From NCBI GenBank assembly GCA_963719425.1, contig OY970382.1, positions 7,888 through 71,887 on the forward strand: 64,000 nucleotides of DNA. Reading direction: 5' to 3'. The notes beneath the pieces are model-generated. The model did not search any database, had not been told where the DNA came from, and saw nothing but the letters and a program-made list of their open reading frames with translations. Source of the stretch: an uncultured bacterium. Lineage in GTDB: Bacteria; Patescibacteriota; Minisyncoccia; UBA6257; 2-01-FULL-56-20. Shown here in pieces: positions 1 through 9,765 of the stretch; position 1 is the first letter of the stretch; every line of letters begins with the position of its first letter. A program made the position numbers and the translations under genes.

Positions 1-215
1 ACGTCCGGAAGACGTGCTCAATAGCCCTGCCTTCCAGGCGTTAAAGCCCCCGTCGTTCCCGTTGCCTGGTCCGCAGACCTCCTCTGCCACGGGCCGTCCG
101 AATCCCTTCCTCCCACTCTAGCGCGCCGTAGCAGTTTTTATTGGACGAGGCATCTATCCAGCCGCAGTTTCGCCAGGCGAAACTGCGGTTCCATGGATGT
201 GCTAAAATACAAGCA

Positions 216-1940
216 ATGACCTCCGACGAACTACTGACGCAACTGCAGGCGAAAGGGATCATTGATGCTGCGCTCGCGAACCGGATCAAGCGCGATGCGC
301 TCATAAGCGGAGAGCCCGTTGAAACGGTTATTGCGAAGCAACGGGCAGTTGACGACGTAAAAATCGCGGAGATTAAAAGTGAGCTGCTTAAGATTCCTTA
401 TAAGAAAGTTTTTCCCGCGGACGTTGATGCAAAGCTTTTTCAATTGATTTCAGAAGAGACCGCGAGGAGCTACGAGGTAATTCCCATTGCGCTCCAAGAT
501 AATCTTCTTGTGGTCGGCATGCTTCATCCCGATGATTCGAAATCCCAGGAAGTGCTAAAATTCATTGCGCGCCAGAATCATATGAATCTCGGCGCCTACC
601 TCGTCGCGTACGGCGATTGGGAAGCGGTGCTCCGAAGATATTCCCCGTATCGGACGGAGATCGCGAGGGCAGTTGAATCACTCACGGTGGGAGAAGAGGG
701 AAGCGTGCAGCGGACCGTGAGATTGGAAGATGCGGGAGGTAGCGAAGACGCCCCTGTCATTAAGATCGTGGCCGACACCTTCCGCGAGGCAGTCGAGAGC
801 AAGGCATCGGACATCCATATTGAACCGCAGCAGGGATTTCTTCGCATTCGCCTCCGCAATAACGGCGATCTTCATCAGGTGGCATCATTGCCGGTGCAGC
901 TTGCGCAGCCGATCGTTTCACGTGTCAAGGTCATTTCTAATTTAAAAATAGACGAGACAAGGATCCCGCAGGATGGCCGCTTCCGCGCGAAGATTTTTGA
1001 CCGCGACGTTGATTTCCGCGTGGCGACATTTCCCACGCCGCTCGGCGAGAAGGTCGCGATTCGGGTCCTCGACCCGACTACGGGACTCAAAAACTTTGAA
1101 AATCTTCCATTTCGCTACGGCAACCTGGAGGCAATAAAAGCGGGACTTGCAAAACCATTCGGGATGGTGCTCATCACGGGTCCGACTGGCTCGGGAAAAA
1201 CCACGACGCTCTACGCTTTCCTCCAGGCGCTGAACCAGGAAAATGTGAACATCGTAAGCTTGGAAGATCCGGTAGAATATTTCATTGCGGGCGTCAACCA
1301 ATCTCAAGTGCGCCCGGAGATCGGTTATGATTTCGCGTCGGGCTTGCGCCAGATCCTGCGGCAGGATCCGGACATCATTATGGTAGGCGAGATCCGCGAC
1401 AACGAGACCGCGGGGCTCGCGGTGCAGGCGGCGCTTACCGGCCACGTCGTACTCTCAACGCTCCACACGAACAATGCGGCGGGCGTGATTCCACGGCTTA
1501 TTGACATGAAGGTTGAGCCGTTCCTTCTCCCGGTTTCCCTCAATGTGATGATGGCGCAGCGCTTGGTGGGGGAACTCTGCCCCGATTGCAAGTTCCAGGA
1601 GGAAGCGTCGCCGGAGTTGCAGAAGGTTGTGAGAAGGACGTTGGAAAGCGTACGTCCGGAGTTCAAGGTGAAATATCCAGAGCCGTACAAGGTTTGGCAT
1701 ACGAAAGGGTGCGCCACCTGCAAGGGGAAGGGCATCGTGGGGCGTACCCCGATCTACGAGGTTTTCCGGATGACGCCGGCGCTGGAAGAAATCATTGCGA
1801 GCGGCAGCACTACTACCCAGAAGATTGTGAAGGAAGCGAAGAATCAGGGAATGGTCACGTTGCGCGAGGACGGCGTCATGAAGGCGCTTGACGGGATAGT
1901 GTCAATAGAAGAGGTGATACGGGAGACGGAGGAGGCATAG
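216..1940 (+). CDS. pilB: Type IV pilus assembly ATPase (PilB/GspE family)
   Basis: N-terminal GspII-like domain; Walker A GPTGSGKTTT; Asp/His boxes; C-terminal tetracysteine CPDC...CATCKGKG. The ATG at 216 is preferred over the ORF-track TTG at 141. Confidence 0.85.
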   Translation: MTSDELLTQLQAKGIIDAALANRIKRDALISGEPVETVIAKQRAVDDVKIAEIKSELLKIPYKKVFPADVDAKLFQLISEETARSYEVIPIALQDNLLVVGMLHPDDSKSQEVLKFIARQNHMNLGAYLVAYGDWEAVLRRYSPYRTEIARAVESLTVGEEGSVQRTVRLEDAGGSEDAPVIKIVADTFREAVESKASDIHIEPQQGFLRIRLRNNGDLHQVASLPVQLAQPIVSRVKVISNLKIDETRIPQDGRFRAKIFDRDVDFRVATFPTPLGEKVAIRVLDPTTGLKNFENLPFRYGNLEAIKAGLAKPFGMVLITGPTGSGKTTTLYAFLQALNQENVNIVSLEDPVEYFIAGVNQSQVRPEIGYDFASGLRQILRQDPDIIMVGEIRDNETAGLAVQAALTGHVVLSTLHTNNAAGVIPRLIDMKVEPFLLPVSLNVMMAQRLVGELCPDCKFQEEASPELQKVVRRTLESVRPEFKVKYPEPYKVWHTKGCATCKGKGIVGRTPIYEVFRMTPALEEIIASGSTTTQKIVKEAKNQGMVTLREDGVMKALDGIVSIEEVIRETEEA

Positions 1941-2117
1941 CCTGCCTGCAGCAGTGTTTTGAAAAACCCTCTCCGGCCTCGCAAAAATCCGGCTCGCTCG
2001 TAACGAAAAAATGCTGCCCTGGTCGCTGCTCCCGGGCACCCGGCATTTTTTCTATTCGCTCGCGGATTTTTTCGCTCGGCCTCCGCACGGTTCTTCAAAA
2101 CACTGCCGCAGGCAGGG
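1940..2117. repeat. ~180-bp imperfect palindrome directly after the pilB stop codon
   Basis: Outer arms GCCTGCCTGCAGCAGTGTTTTGAA and TTCAAAACACTGCCGCAGGCAGGGC; nested inner complementary blocks (CCGGCCTCGC..GCTCGCTCG, GAAAAAATGC..GCATTTTTTC). Confidence 0.6.
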
Positions 2118-2163
2118 CTACACCCACTTCCTCATTTTTATATTACAGTTTCGACGCACCCCG

Positions 2164-2189
2164 AATCGTTCGAATCCTGTCCTGCGCAC
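2164..2189 (+). promoter_or_regulatory. Degenerate copy of the conserved intergenic motif (AATCGTTCGAATCCTGTCCTGCGCAC)
   Basis: Aligns to the 33-nt motif found at 2491, 3221, 4127, 4746 and 13729; followed by TTGACA at 2192. Confidence 0.4.
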
Positions 2190-2490
2190 GTTTGACAGCG
2201 GCTTAGGATGGCGTTATTGTATTAGTGGCACAGGGAAGATCGTGCCGACGTTAACCTGGTGAACGAGGTGTTGTCATGAAGCGAAATCGTTGTGCTTTGA
2301 AGCGAAGCAAGCTGGTCCTGAATTCCGGTTCCTGACGTTCGCTCGGCACGTGATAAGTCTGGACGGGAGGGAGAAGGAAAGAAAGATCTCCTTCTTCCTC
2401 CCTACAGAATAATTTCCGCAAATAAACCTGAAAGGGCTTTTTTATTTTATACATGCCGTGAGCTCGGTTAAATAATTTGCCTTGGACCAT

Positions 2491-2523
2491 AAAATCGTTC
2501 GAAGATCGTCCAGGCCCGTGCGC
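2491..2523 (+). promoter_or_regulatory. Conserved 33-nt intergenic motif, copy 1 (AAAATCGTTCGAAGATCGTCCAGGCCCGTGCGC)
   Basis: 31/33 identical to the copy at 13729; internal direct repeat ATCGTYC-N4-ATCGTCC; 18 nt upstream of the pilin start. Confidence 0.6.
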
Positions 2524-2540
2524 TTTGGTACAATTAAATC

Positions 2541-3221
2541 GTGAACAATAGAGGGTTTGCATTGCTTGAAATCCTAATTGTGGTCATCGTGATTGGCCTA
2601 TTGGCTGGAGGAGGGTGGTATGTGGCTCATTTACAAAATCGGCAATCCGCGATTACTACAGGACTTAATGCGGAGCAGCAAGCGCAGAACGTAGTACGGC
2701 AAGCAAACCGGCAAACACAGCAGGAGCAAAATGCAGTGAATCAAACCACCGAGGTTACGAGTTCGATGACAACTCCAGTCATAACCCCTAGCCAGAATCG
2801 CAGTGGTCTAAGCCTCGCCTCAGGAGATAATGTAGGCATGATTCTTACCGATCCGCTAGGACGACGTACTGGATATGATGTGGTAAGTGGAAAAGAAGTA
2901 AGGCAGATTCCAAATAGCAGTTATTCTTCAGAAGCCATAAGCAGCAGCGAAAACCCTAGTTATATTCCTCCTACAGGTTACTTTATCGACATAAATCAGC
3001 CAATGGACGGCGACTACGAACTTACGTTAATTGGGAATCAAGGCATAATCGGCAGCACGAGTACGAATAATTACGACCTACAAATGAGCACCTTTTTTAG
3101 TGACGGCTTAGATCAATCAGACGACGAACTTACGGGAAGGCTCTTAAACAACCAAGCGACCTTCCATATTCATTTCGTTGCATCGCCGGATAGCAGTTCT
3201 ACCATCCAGGCCACGGAATAA
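2541..3221 (+). CDS. Type IV pilin (prepilin N-terminus MNNRG/FALLEILIVVIVIGLLA)
   Basis: Class III signal peptide with a G/F cleavage site and Glu at +5, followed by a hydrophobic helix; Ser/Thr-rich C-terminal part. GTG start. Confidence 0.75.
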   Translation: MNNRGFALLEILIVVIVIGLLAGGGWYVAHLQNRQSAITTGLNAEQQAQNVVRQANRQTQQEQNAVNQTTEVTSSMTTPVITPSQNRSGLSLASGDNVGMILTDPLGRRTGYDVVSGKEVRQIPNSSYSSEAISSSENPSYIPPTGYFIDINQPMDGDYELTLIGNQGIIGSTSTNNYDLQMSTFFSDGLDQSDDELTGRLLNNQATFHIHFVASPDSSSTIQATE

Positions 3222-3252
3222 TATCATTCGAAAATCGTCCACGCCCGCGCAC
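3221..3252 (+). promoter_or_regulatory. Conserved intergenic motif, copy 2 (ATATCATTCGAAAATCGTCCACGCCCGCGCAC)
   Basis: Same motif and same strand as the other copies; begins at the pilin stop codon. Confidence 0.55.
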
Positions 3253-3339
3253 GAGAAACAGTTAAAAAATAAGTGAGCCGTTGGACACGGAGGTATCCAA
3301 CGGCTCCACACAAAAATCCTACAACATTTCCCGAAATCG

Positions 3340-3990
3340 TTATCCCCTGGGCACTCGGAGCTGGTTGATAAGCCAAAGCACCTCCTGCGTCATACCATCA
3401 ATCCCACCCGGAGGGATGACGGGACCCTTTGTTGTCATGATCACGTACAGCGGCCGATCCATAATGAATGGCTCCATTGGGATGTTCGTGCCGTTGTCTT
3501 TTGAGAATCCCTCCCCGAGTTCGGCTGCCCCGAGCATCAGCAATCCCTCAAGCTTCTCCTTGGTGAGGCCATACCGTTCGGGCCCGCCAGTGAAAACGGC
3601 GTAGAAGTAAGCTCTCCGCACATCAGGCATGAGTATCTTCCATCCTTCCTTCGGACGTGCCGGATCAAGGAGGGGCTTTGCATAATGCCGAGCTTCGGCT
3701 TCCATGAGCGCAATAGCCACGCTATTCTCTAAAGCATCTTTCCCGAAGCTAACCCGTACCTGCGAGGTGCCATTCCTAAGTGAATCGTACTGGTGCGAGT
3801 AACCAACCACTTGATCGGCTAGAGTTAGATTGCCCTTCCTCATCTCGTTCACGAGAAATTGGACGTGGGCAACCCTTTGCTTGTCTTCTCTGGCCTTTTG
3901 GTATTTCAGCAAGGCGGGAAAGCCGATGATGTAGGTGGCAATGACGAAAATCACCAGGACAATACTTGCGACTACACCCTTCTTTCGCAT
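3340..3990 (-). CDS. Hypothetical membrane-anchored protein
   Basis: Start chosen at MRKKGVVASIVLVIFVIATYII (N-terminal TM anchor); no recognisable family. Confidence 0.5.
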   Translation of the reverse strand: MRKKGVVASIVLVIFVIATYIIGFPALLKYQKAREDKQRVAHVQFLVNEMRKGNLTLADQVVGYSHQYDSLRNGTSQVRVSFGKDALENSVAIALMEAEARHYAKPLLDPARPKEGWKILMPDVRRAYFYAVFTGGPERYGLTKEKLEGLLMLGAAELGEGFSKDNGTNIPMEPFIMDRPLYVIMTTKGPVIPPGGIDGMTQEVLWLINQLRVPRG

Positions 3991-4126
3991 GTTCTTTTTC
4001 TCCTCTCGGTTTAGTAGGTTTCCGATCCTGTGGGGTATTTTGAGCAACAAGGACCTTATACATAATAGCATTTATAATAACATATGTCAAGCCGGAATAA
4101 AACAGGCCTGTTTTTGGCTAAAAGCC

Positions 4127-4159
4127 AAAAGTGTTCGAAAATTGTCCAGGCTCGTGCAC
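4127..4159 (+). promoter_or_regulatory. Conserved intergenic motif, copy 3 (AAAAGTGTTCGAAAATTGTCCAGGCTCGTGCAC)
   Basis: Motif alignment; lies about 20 nt upstream of a TATTAT-like -10 and 70 nt upstream of the dCMP deaminase gene. Confidence 0.55.
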
Positions 4160-4230
4160 GAAACAATCGGCTCGGTAATTATTATTAAACGCCACTTGTT
4201 CCTTTGCTGCCGAAGGGATATTCTGAGCGA

Positions 4231-4719
4231 ATGACATTCGATTGGAAAAAGCTGTTCATAGTCGCATATTCCAAGGCACAAGAGAGCACGAATCCATCTA
4301 CGCAAAACGGGGCTGTTTTGGTCAATGAATCTGGAGATATTGTTATGGTCGCAGCGAATACTTTTCCCGAAGGTATCAAGGAAATTCCGGAGCGGCGGGT
4401 CAAACCGTTGCGATATGTATTCAGCGTGCACGCCGAAAGAAATGCGATTTATCAAGCCGCGAAAGTTGGTGTCAAAACAAATGGTCTTACTATGGTTTGT
4501 TGTTGGGGTGCATGTACCGACTGCGCTCAAGCAATAATTCAATCGGGCATCAAACGGTTAGTCGTGCACAAGCAAGCCCTTGATCGATCTGGGAGTTGGC
4601 AGGAGAACATACGTTTAGCCTTTGATATGCTACGCGAAGCGGGCGTGGAAATTGTTGTTTATGACGGAAAAATTGGCATAGGAAAAATCCTGCGCGACAG
4701 AGCGCATTGGGAACCTTGA
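4231..4719 (+). CDS. dCMP/cytidine deaminase family protein (ComEB-like)
   Basis: Zinc-binding motifs HAERNAI and CWGACTDCAQAI (H-A-E ... C-x2-C). Alternative TTG start at 4204. Confidence 0.7.
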   Translation: MTFDWKKLFIVAYSKAQESTNPSTQNGAVLVNESGDIVMVAANTFPEGIKEIPERRVKPLRYVFSVHAERNAIYQAAKVGVKTNGLTMVCCWGACTDCAQAIIQSGIKRLVVHKQALDRSGSWQENIRLAFDMLREAGVEIVVYDGKIGIGKILRDRAHWEP

Positions 4720-4745
4720 TAATTCAATAGTTTGTGATAACCGTC

Positions 4746-4778
4746 AAAATCGCTCAAAGATCGTCCAGGTCGGCGCGC
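4746..4778 (+). promoter_or_regulatory. Conserved intergenic motif, copy 4 (AAAATCGCTCAAAGATCGTCCAGGTCGGCGCGC)
   Basis: Motif alignment; a TATACT -10-like element lies about 20 nt downstream; pilT starts at 4821. Confidence 0.55.
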
Positions 4779-4820
4779 GGCCGTTTCCCTTTGTGGTATA
4801 CTTTAGAAAAAGAACCACCC

Positions 4821-5897
4821 ATGGCGGAAGATTATAAGACGAGATTGAATGAGCTTTTGACGACGTGCGCGAAGCAGAGCGCTTCCGATTTGCACCTCGC
4901 GGTCGGACGGCGGCCGACATTACGTATTGACGGCACCCTTGTGCCGCTTCAGAAGGAGCCTATTATGACGCCCGAGGTTGCGGAAGGCATCATTTCGGAG
5001 CTTACCACCACGGAGCAGAGGGAGAGACTTATTACCCAGCGGCAGCTTGACCTCGCCTATAGTTTTGAGGACAAAGCGCGGTTCCGTGTGAATGTCTATT
5101 ACCAGCGCGGCTACCTCGCGGCAGCGCTACGCCTCGTGCCCGCGCGCATCAGGACGATTGAGGAATTGAACCTCCCGCCCCTTCTCCACGATTTCAGCAA
5201 ACTGTCGCAGGGATTCGTCCTCGCCGTAGGTCCCGCAGGACACGGGAAGTCATCAACGCTCGCGGCAGTCCTTGACGAAGTGAACCACACCCGGGCCGAC
5301 CACATCATTACCATTGAGGATCCGGTTGAATATCTTTTTACGCAGGATAAATGCATCGTTTCACAGCGCGAAATAGGAAGCGATGCAGTGAGCTTTCATA
5401 GCGCCCTGCGCACCGTTCTGCGGCAGGACCCGGACGTCATCATGATCGGCGAAATGCGCGACACTGTTTCCATTTCTACCGCAATGACGGCAGCGGAAAC
5501 AGGGCACCTGGTATTTTCCACGCTGCACACGAACTCCGCGTCGCAGACGATCGATCGCATTATTGATTCTTTTCCGGCTGAGCAGCAGGGGCAGGTGACC
5601 TCCCAGCTCGCGGCGACCTTGGTCGCGATTGTTTCTGAGCGTCTCTTGCCGAGAATCTCCGGTGGCCGCATCCCATCCATGGAAATTATGATTGTGAATC
5701 CGGCCATTCGGAACCTTATCCGCGAGCGGAAAACGTATCAGGTTGATCTCGTGATTGAGACTTCGTTGCAGGAGGGCATGGTGACGCTGAACCGCTCGCT
5801 TGTGAATCTCATAAAAAACAAGGAAGTAACGCTCGAGAATGCCGAACTCTATTCATTGAATCCGGCGGAACTTCGGATTCTCCTTGAACGGACATAA
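4821..5897 (+). CDS. pilT: Twitching-motility / pilus retraction ATPase
   Basis: Walker A GPAGHGKSST; PilT-type Asp and His boxes; ~358 aa hexameric secretion ATPase architecture. Start at MAEDYK. Confidence 0.85.
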   Translation: MAEDYKTRLNELLTTCAKQSASDLHLAVGRRPTLRIDGTLVPLQKEPIMTPEVAEGIISELTTTEQRERLITQRQLDLAYSFEDKARFRVNVYYQRGYLAAALRLVPARIRTIEELNLPPLLHDFSKLSQGFVLAVGPAGHGKSSTLAAVLDEVNHTRADHIITIEDPVEYLFTQDKCIVSQREIGSDAVSFHSALRTVLRQDPDVIMIGEMRDTVSISTAMTAAETGHLVFSTLHTNSASQTIDRIIDSFPAEQQGQVTSQLAATLVAIVSERLLPRISGGRIPSMEIMIVNPAIRNLIRERKTYQVDLVIETSLQEGMVTLNRSLVNLIKNKEVTLENAELYSLNPAELRILLERT

Positions 5898-5899
5898 TA

Positions 5900-7111
5900 A
5901 TGAGATTTAAGTATCAGGCCAAAACTAAGGAAGGGGAGATGCAGGTCGGGCTCGTAGAGGCAGGGAACCGCGATGGTGCCGTGAGTATTCTCACAAGCCA
6001 CGATCTCTTCATTTTGAGCGTGGAACCTGAAGAAAAGATGGGCTTTCTTGACCGAATCTCCTCATTTTTGAACCGCGTTCGCCGCAAGGATATGATCGTC
6101 TTCACGCGCCAACTCGCGACGCTCCTTGAGGCAAGGGTTCCTTTGAATAATGCGTTGAAGACCCTGCGCGACCAGACGGCGAATAGAATTCTCCAAGATG
6201 TGGTTACGCGGGTTTCTGAAGATATTGACGCAGGCCTTGCATTTTCCCAGGCGATGGAGCGGCAGGAGGGAGTATTCCCCGATTTCTACATCGAGATGGT
6301 ACGGGCTGCGGAGGTGACCGGAAATATGAACGAAGTTGTGGAATTCCTTGCTGATTATAGCGAGAAGGAAGGGACCCTCATGAGCAAAGTGGTCTCGGCC
6401 CTCATTTATCCCGCGATCGTGATAGCACTTTTTCTCGTGGTTGCTTTCATCCTCGTCACCTTTGTGTTTCCGTCTATCGGGACGGTGTTCTCCCAGAATG
6501 ATGTGCAACTGCCATGGTTTACGCAGGCGCTCCTCTCGGTGGGGAGTTTCATGGCGCAATGGTGGATTGTCGTTGTGGTCGCCGCGATCGTTCTCGGGGT
6601 GGCCCTCGTCGATTATTTTGAGACTGTCGAGGGGAAAGCGCTCCTGGACGATCTGAAGATCCGGTTACCCATCGCGAAGAAGATATATATTCCCGTCATC
6701 ATGGCGCGCTTCGGGAATTCGGCGGCGCTTCTCGTCCACGGCGGCATTCCCATCGCGCAGTCGCTGGAGATCATCAGCCGTATGGTAGGGAACACGCTCT
6801 ATGAGGATATTATCCACGACATCGCCGGCGATGTGCGCCAAGGAAAACTCCTTTCCGAGAGCATCGCGAGCCATCCAAGATTTTTTCCAACGATCGTTTC
6901 CCAAATGGTTGCGGTGGGCGAGACGACCGGGAAAACCGAGGAAATGTTTGCTCGGCTTGCGAGCATTTATATGCGGGAGACCGACCTGGTTTCAAATAAT
7001 CTCGTCGAGCTCATTCAACCCATCTTGATGGTGGGGATGGGCGTTATGGTCGGACTCCTTTTTGCCTCCATTCTTGTTCCTATCTATAGCCTGTCGGCGA
7101 ATATCCACTAG
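5900..7111 (+). CDS. pilC: Type IV pilus inner-membrane platform protein (PilC/GspF)
   Basis: Two GspF-like repeats and three TM segments; ATG lies 2 nt after the pilT stop. Confidence 0.85.
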   Translation: MRFKYQAKTKEGEMQVGLVEAGNRDGAVSILTSHDLFILSVEPEEKMGFLDRISSFLNRVRRKDMIVFTRQLATLLEARVPLNNALKTLRDQTANRILQDVVTRVSEDIDAGLAFSQAMERQEGVFPDFYIEMVRAAEVTGNMNEVVEFLADYSEKEGTLMSKVVSALIYPAIVIALFLVVAFILVTFVFPSIGTVFSQNDVQLPWFTQALLSVGSFMAQWWIVVVVAAIVLGVALVDYFETVEGKALLDDLKIRLPIAKKIYIPVIMARFGNSAALLVHGGIPIAQSLEIISRMVGNTLYEDIIHDIAGDVRQGKLLSESIASHPRFFPTIVSQMVAVGETTGKTEEMFARLASIYMRETDLVSNNLVELIQPILMVGMGVMVGLLFASILVPIYSLSANIH

Positions 7112-7147
7112 CCTTTTCCCCCAGATTAGTTATCCACAGGGAGCGGC

Positions 7148-7175
7148 TTGCCACAGGTTCCCATATTGTTATAAT
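7148..7175 (+). promoter_or_regulatory. Sigma70-like promoter TTGCCA-N16-TATAAT 7 nt upstream of the pilA ATG (leaderless-type)
   Basis: TTGCCA at 7148-7153 and TATAAT at 7170-7175; the ATG is at 7183. Confidence 0.5.
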
Positions 7176-7182
7176 TGTTGTA

Positions 7183-7746
7183 ATGGAACTGATGGTTGGC
7201 AGAGAAAGCAGAGAAAAACGAGGCTTTACCCTCATCGAAATCCTGGTCGTTGTCGCCATTATTGCGGTTTTGGCATCAGTGGTTTTGGTCGGTTTGGGCC
7301 CGACCCAACAGACGGCGCGCGATGCGCGCAGGCTTTCCGACATCCGGGAAGTGCAGAACGCCCTTGAGCTTTACTACTATAAGTGCGGTTACTATCCTGG
7401 CAGCGCGTCCGGCGGTACTTGCGCGGCGGGCAGTCCCGGCAGCGATTGGAACGGCTTAGCGGGTACACTTGGGGGCGCGAACATTGGCGTTAGTGCGAGT
7501 TCTATACCGTCTGACCCTAGCGCAAATCGGACGTATGGGTATGCGTATAACACGGGCAATACTACGTACGTGCTCGGCGCGGCGCTTGAGAACCCGAACA
7601 ACAGCGTACTCACGAGTTACAGTGCGCCATCTACCAGTGGGTATACTTGGGTGCCGAGCGGCGGCAGTGCGATCGGCCCGAATGCGTCCTGCAGCGGGCA
7701 GCCTACGAATAGCGGCAGCGGAGCTACCTATTGCATCTCGCTCTGA
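7183..7746 (+). CDS. pilA: Type IV major pilin (PilA-like)
   Basis: Prepilin leader MELMVGRESREKRG/FTLIEILVVVAIIAVLASVV; Gly/Ser/Thr-rich C-terminal half ending in C...C. Confidence 0.8.
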   Translation: MELMVGRESREKRGFTLIEILVVVAIIAVLASVVLVGLGPTQQTARDARRLSDIREVQNALELYYYKCGYYPGSASGGTCAAGSPGSDWNGLAGTLGGANIGVSASSIPSDPSANRTYGYAYNTGNTTYVLGAALENPNNSVLTSYSAPSTSGYTWVPSGGSAIGPNASCSGQPTNSGSGATYCISL

Positions 7747-7796
7747 TAGTTTTTTAGGGATGCGGTTTTGCATCGCATGCGTGGTAGAATAGCATC

Positions 7797-8633
7797 ATGC
7801 TTTCCGCCACCATCCTTTTCCTCTGCGGCCTCGCGGTCGGAAGTTTTATGAATGTTCTCGCCTTGCGGTATGACGGCGGGCATTTTTTATTTGACCCGAA
7901 GGTGATCGGCGGCCGTTCGCACTGCCCCCACTGCGGGCGCACCCTCGGCTGGTCCGAGCTCATCCCCATCGCAAGCTTTTTCGTTCAACGGGGGAAATGC
8001 AAACACTGCGGGGTGCCCATCGGGCTTCACTACCCGCTCGTGGAATTACTTTCGGGACTTGTTTTTGTATTTGTGCCGCTTTGGCTTGGGGGAGATTTCT
8101 TCCTTTCGGTGCTTTGGATCGCGGCATTGGAAGCATTACTCCTCGTCGCCTACATTGATATCCGCCTCCAAATCGTGCCGGACGAACTGAATATCATGCT
8201 CGCGATCGTCGCCATTTTTGCAGCCATTTTTTCCGTCGGGTATCTCGGCCCGGCGAACCATTCCTTTCTCGGCCCCTATGCGGCACCGTTCGGTTTGCAG
8301 AATAATTTTTGGGCGAGCCATCTTATCGGCGCTCTCTTTGGCGGAGCATTTTTCGGCGCGTTGGTTCTCATAACCCATAGGAAGGGCATGGGGGTAGGCG
8401 ATGTGAAGCTTGGCCTCCCACTCGGCTTGCTTTTTGGCTGGCCGGACATTCTTCTTCTCTATGGATCGGCCTTTGTCATCGGCGCGCTCGTTGGCGCGGT
8501 GCTGCTTCTCGAAAAGAAGAAAACCATGAAAAGCGCCCTGCCCTTCGCACCATTTCTCGCGCTTGGGGCTGCCTTTGTTTTTTTCTTCGGTGCCGCCGCT
8601 CTTGGATGGTATTTTCGTATAATAGGTCTATGA
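7797..8633 (+). CDS. pilD: Prepilin peptidase (A24 family)
   Basis: N-terminal tetracysteine CPHCGR...CKHCGV; multiple TM helices; conserved D residues typical of PilD. Confidence 0.85.
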   Translation: MLSATILFLCGLAVGSFMNVLALRYDGGHFLFDPKVIGGRSHCPHCGRTLGWSELIPIASFFVQRGKCKHCGVPIGLHYPLVELLSGLVFVFVPLWLGGDFFLSVLWIAALEALLLVAYIDIRLQIVPDELNIMLAIVAIFAAIFSVGYLGPANHSFLGPYAAPFGLQNNFWASHLIGALFGGAFFGALVLITHRKGMGVGDVKLGLPLGLLFGWPDILLLYGSAFVIGALVGAVLLLEKKKTMKSALPFAPFLALGAAFVFFFGAAALGWYFRIIGL

Positions 8634-9223
8634 AGGGCTTTACCCTCCTTGAACTCCTTATCGTCATTGCAATCTCCGCAATGCTCTCAGCGATCGCCAT
8701 AACCTATACGAGCATCGCGAGAAATCAGGTGGCGCTTTCGGTTGAAACCGCGAAGGCCTCCCAGTTTATTCTTCGCGCAAAAAGTCTTGCTATCGCAACT
8801 TATAACAGTGCCCCCGGCACCTGCGGATACGGGGCATCGTTCAACATCGCGAATAATACCTATTCGCTCTTCGCCTACACCCCAGATCCCTCCAAATACA
8901 ACGGCACCGTTTCGCCCTGTCCAAGCGTAGCGTCTACCACCGCGTTGGGGATTTCTTCCGGCGAGATGGGACAATCTTCACAGAGTTCTTGGAATGTACC
9001 GCTCGCGAACGGCGTTCGCATGGAGTCGGGAGGGAATGGCGACGACCTTGCGCTTGTGCTCTTCTCTCCGCCTGATCCCGCAGTTTTGATCAGCCGCGAC
9101 GGCCAAAACTTTCTTGACCCCGCTGCGACCCAGAACATAACCTCAAAGGTCTATCTTATCACTGCCGACGGTAGCGCATCTGCTACGATTTCTGTGAGTG
9201 CCGCAGGGCAGATCAACTTTTGA
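8630..9223 (+). CDS. Minor (pseudo)pilin with prepilin N-terminus MKG/FTLLELLIVIAISAML
   Basis: Class III signal; ATGA overlap with the pilD stop. Confidence 0.7.
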   Translation: MKGFTLLELLIVIAISAMLSAIAITYTSIARNQVALSVETAKASQFILRAKSLAIATYNSAPGTCGYGASFNIANNTYSLFAYTPDPSKYNGTVSPCPSVASTTALGISSGEMGQSSQSSWNVPLANGVRMESGGNGDDLALVLFSPPDPAVLISRDGQNFLDPAATQNITSKVYLITADGSASATISVSAAGQINF

Positions 9224-9228
9224 ATCAC

Positions 9229-9765
9229 ATGAAAGCCCGGAACCGCAACGGTCAGTCACTTGTTGAAGCGATGATTGCCCTCAGTGTGCTCGTGACGGGT
9301 TTTTTGGGCATTATGACGCTTCTCTCGCAATCGTTTTTCTTGAGCCGCACCACCTCTGACAGGCTCATCGCAACCTATCTGGCTTCTGAGGGGATTGAGC
9401 TTGCAAAGAACCTCATTGACCACGATGTGTATGCGGGAAACGGCTGGGGAGTGTGTTTCGCCGTCCCCGTAGGCGGAAGCGGGGATTACGAGGTTGATTA
9501 TGCGACATTGACGCAGGGCCAAAATTGTCCTCCCGCCGTCTATAGCGGCAGGTATCTCATATTTGACCAAACAGCCCATCTCTATGGCTATAATTTCGCG
9601 AGCACGAGCACGGATGACCTCGCGGTGACCGATTTCACGCGGGATATTCGGGTAGCCGTGCCGGCGGCCTCACAAGGGAACGAGATCGTGGTTACCTCCA
9701 TCGTCGGGTGGTCCAATGGGCAAAATATCATACTGGAGGACCACTTTTATAATTGGCGTCCATGA
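9229..9765 (+). CDS. Minor pilin, PilV-like (MKARNRNG/QSLVEAMIALSVLV)
   Basis: Glu at +5 after Gly; hydrophobic helix. Alternative TTG start at 9220. Confidence 0.6.
   Translation: MKARNRNGQSLVEAMIALSVLVTGFLGIMTLLSQSFFLSRTTSDRLIATYLASEGIELAKNLIDHDVYAGNGWGVCFAVPVGGSGDYEVDYATLTQGQNCPPAVYSGRYLIFDQTAHLYGYNFASTSTDDLAVTDFTRDIRVAVPAASQGNEIVVTSIVGWSNGQNIILEDHFYNWRP

Noticed and set aside
41-304. Minus-strand ORF and a possible Pro-rich C-terminal fragment of an upstream gene at 2-121
   Set aside because: There is no start codon or recognisable motif, and the region overlaps the pilB promoter region. Evidence is insufficient.
3281-3604. 107-aa + strand ORF
   Set aside because: Fully overlaps the minus-strand gene 3340-3990, which has a convincing TM anchor. 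The + ORF is low-complexity Ser/Pro-rich and is probably spurious.
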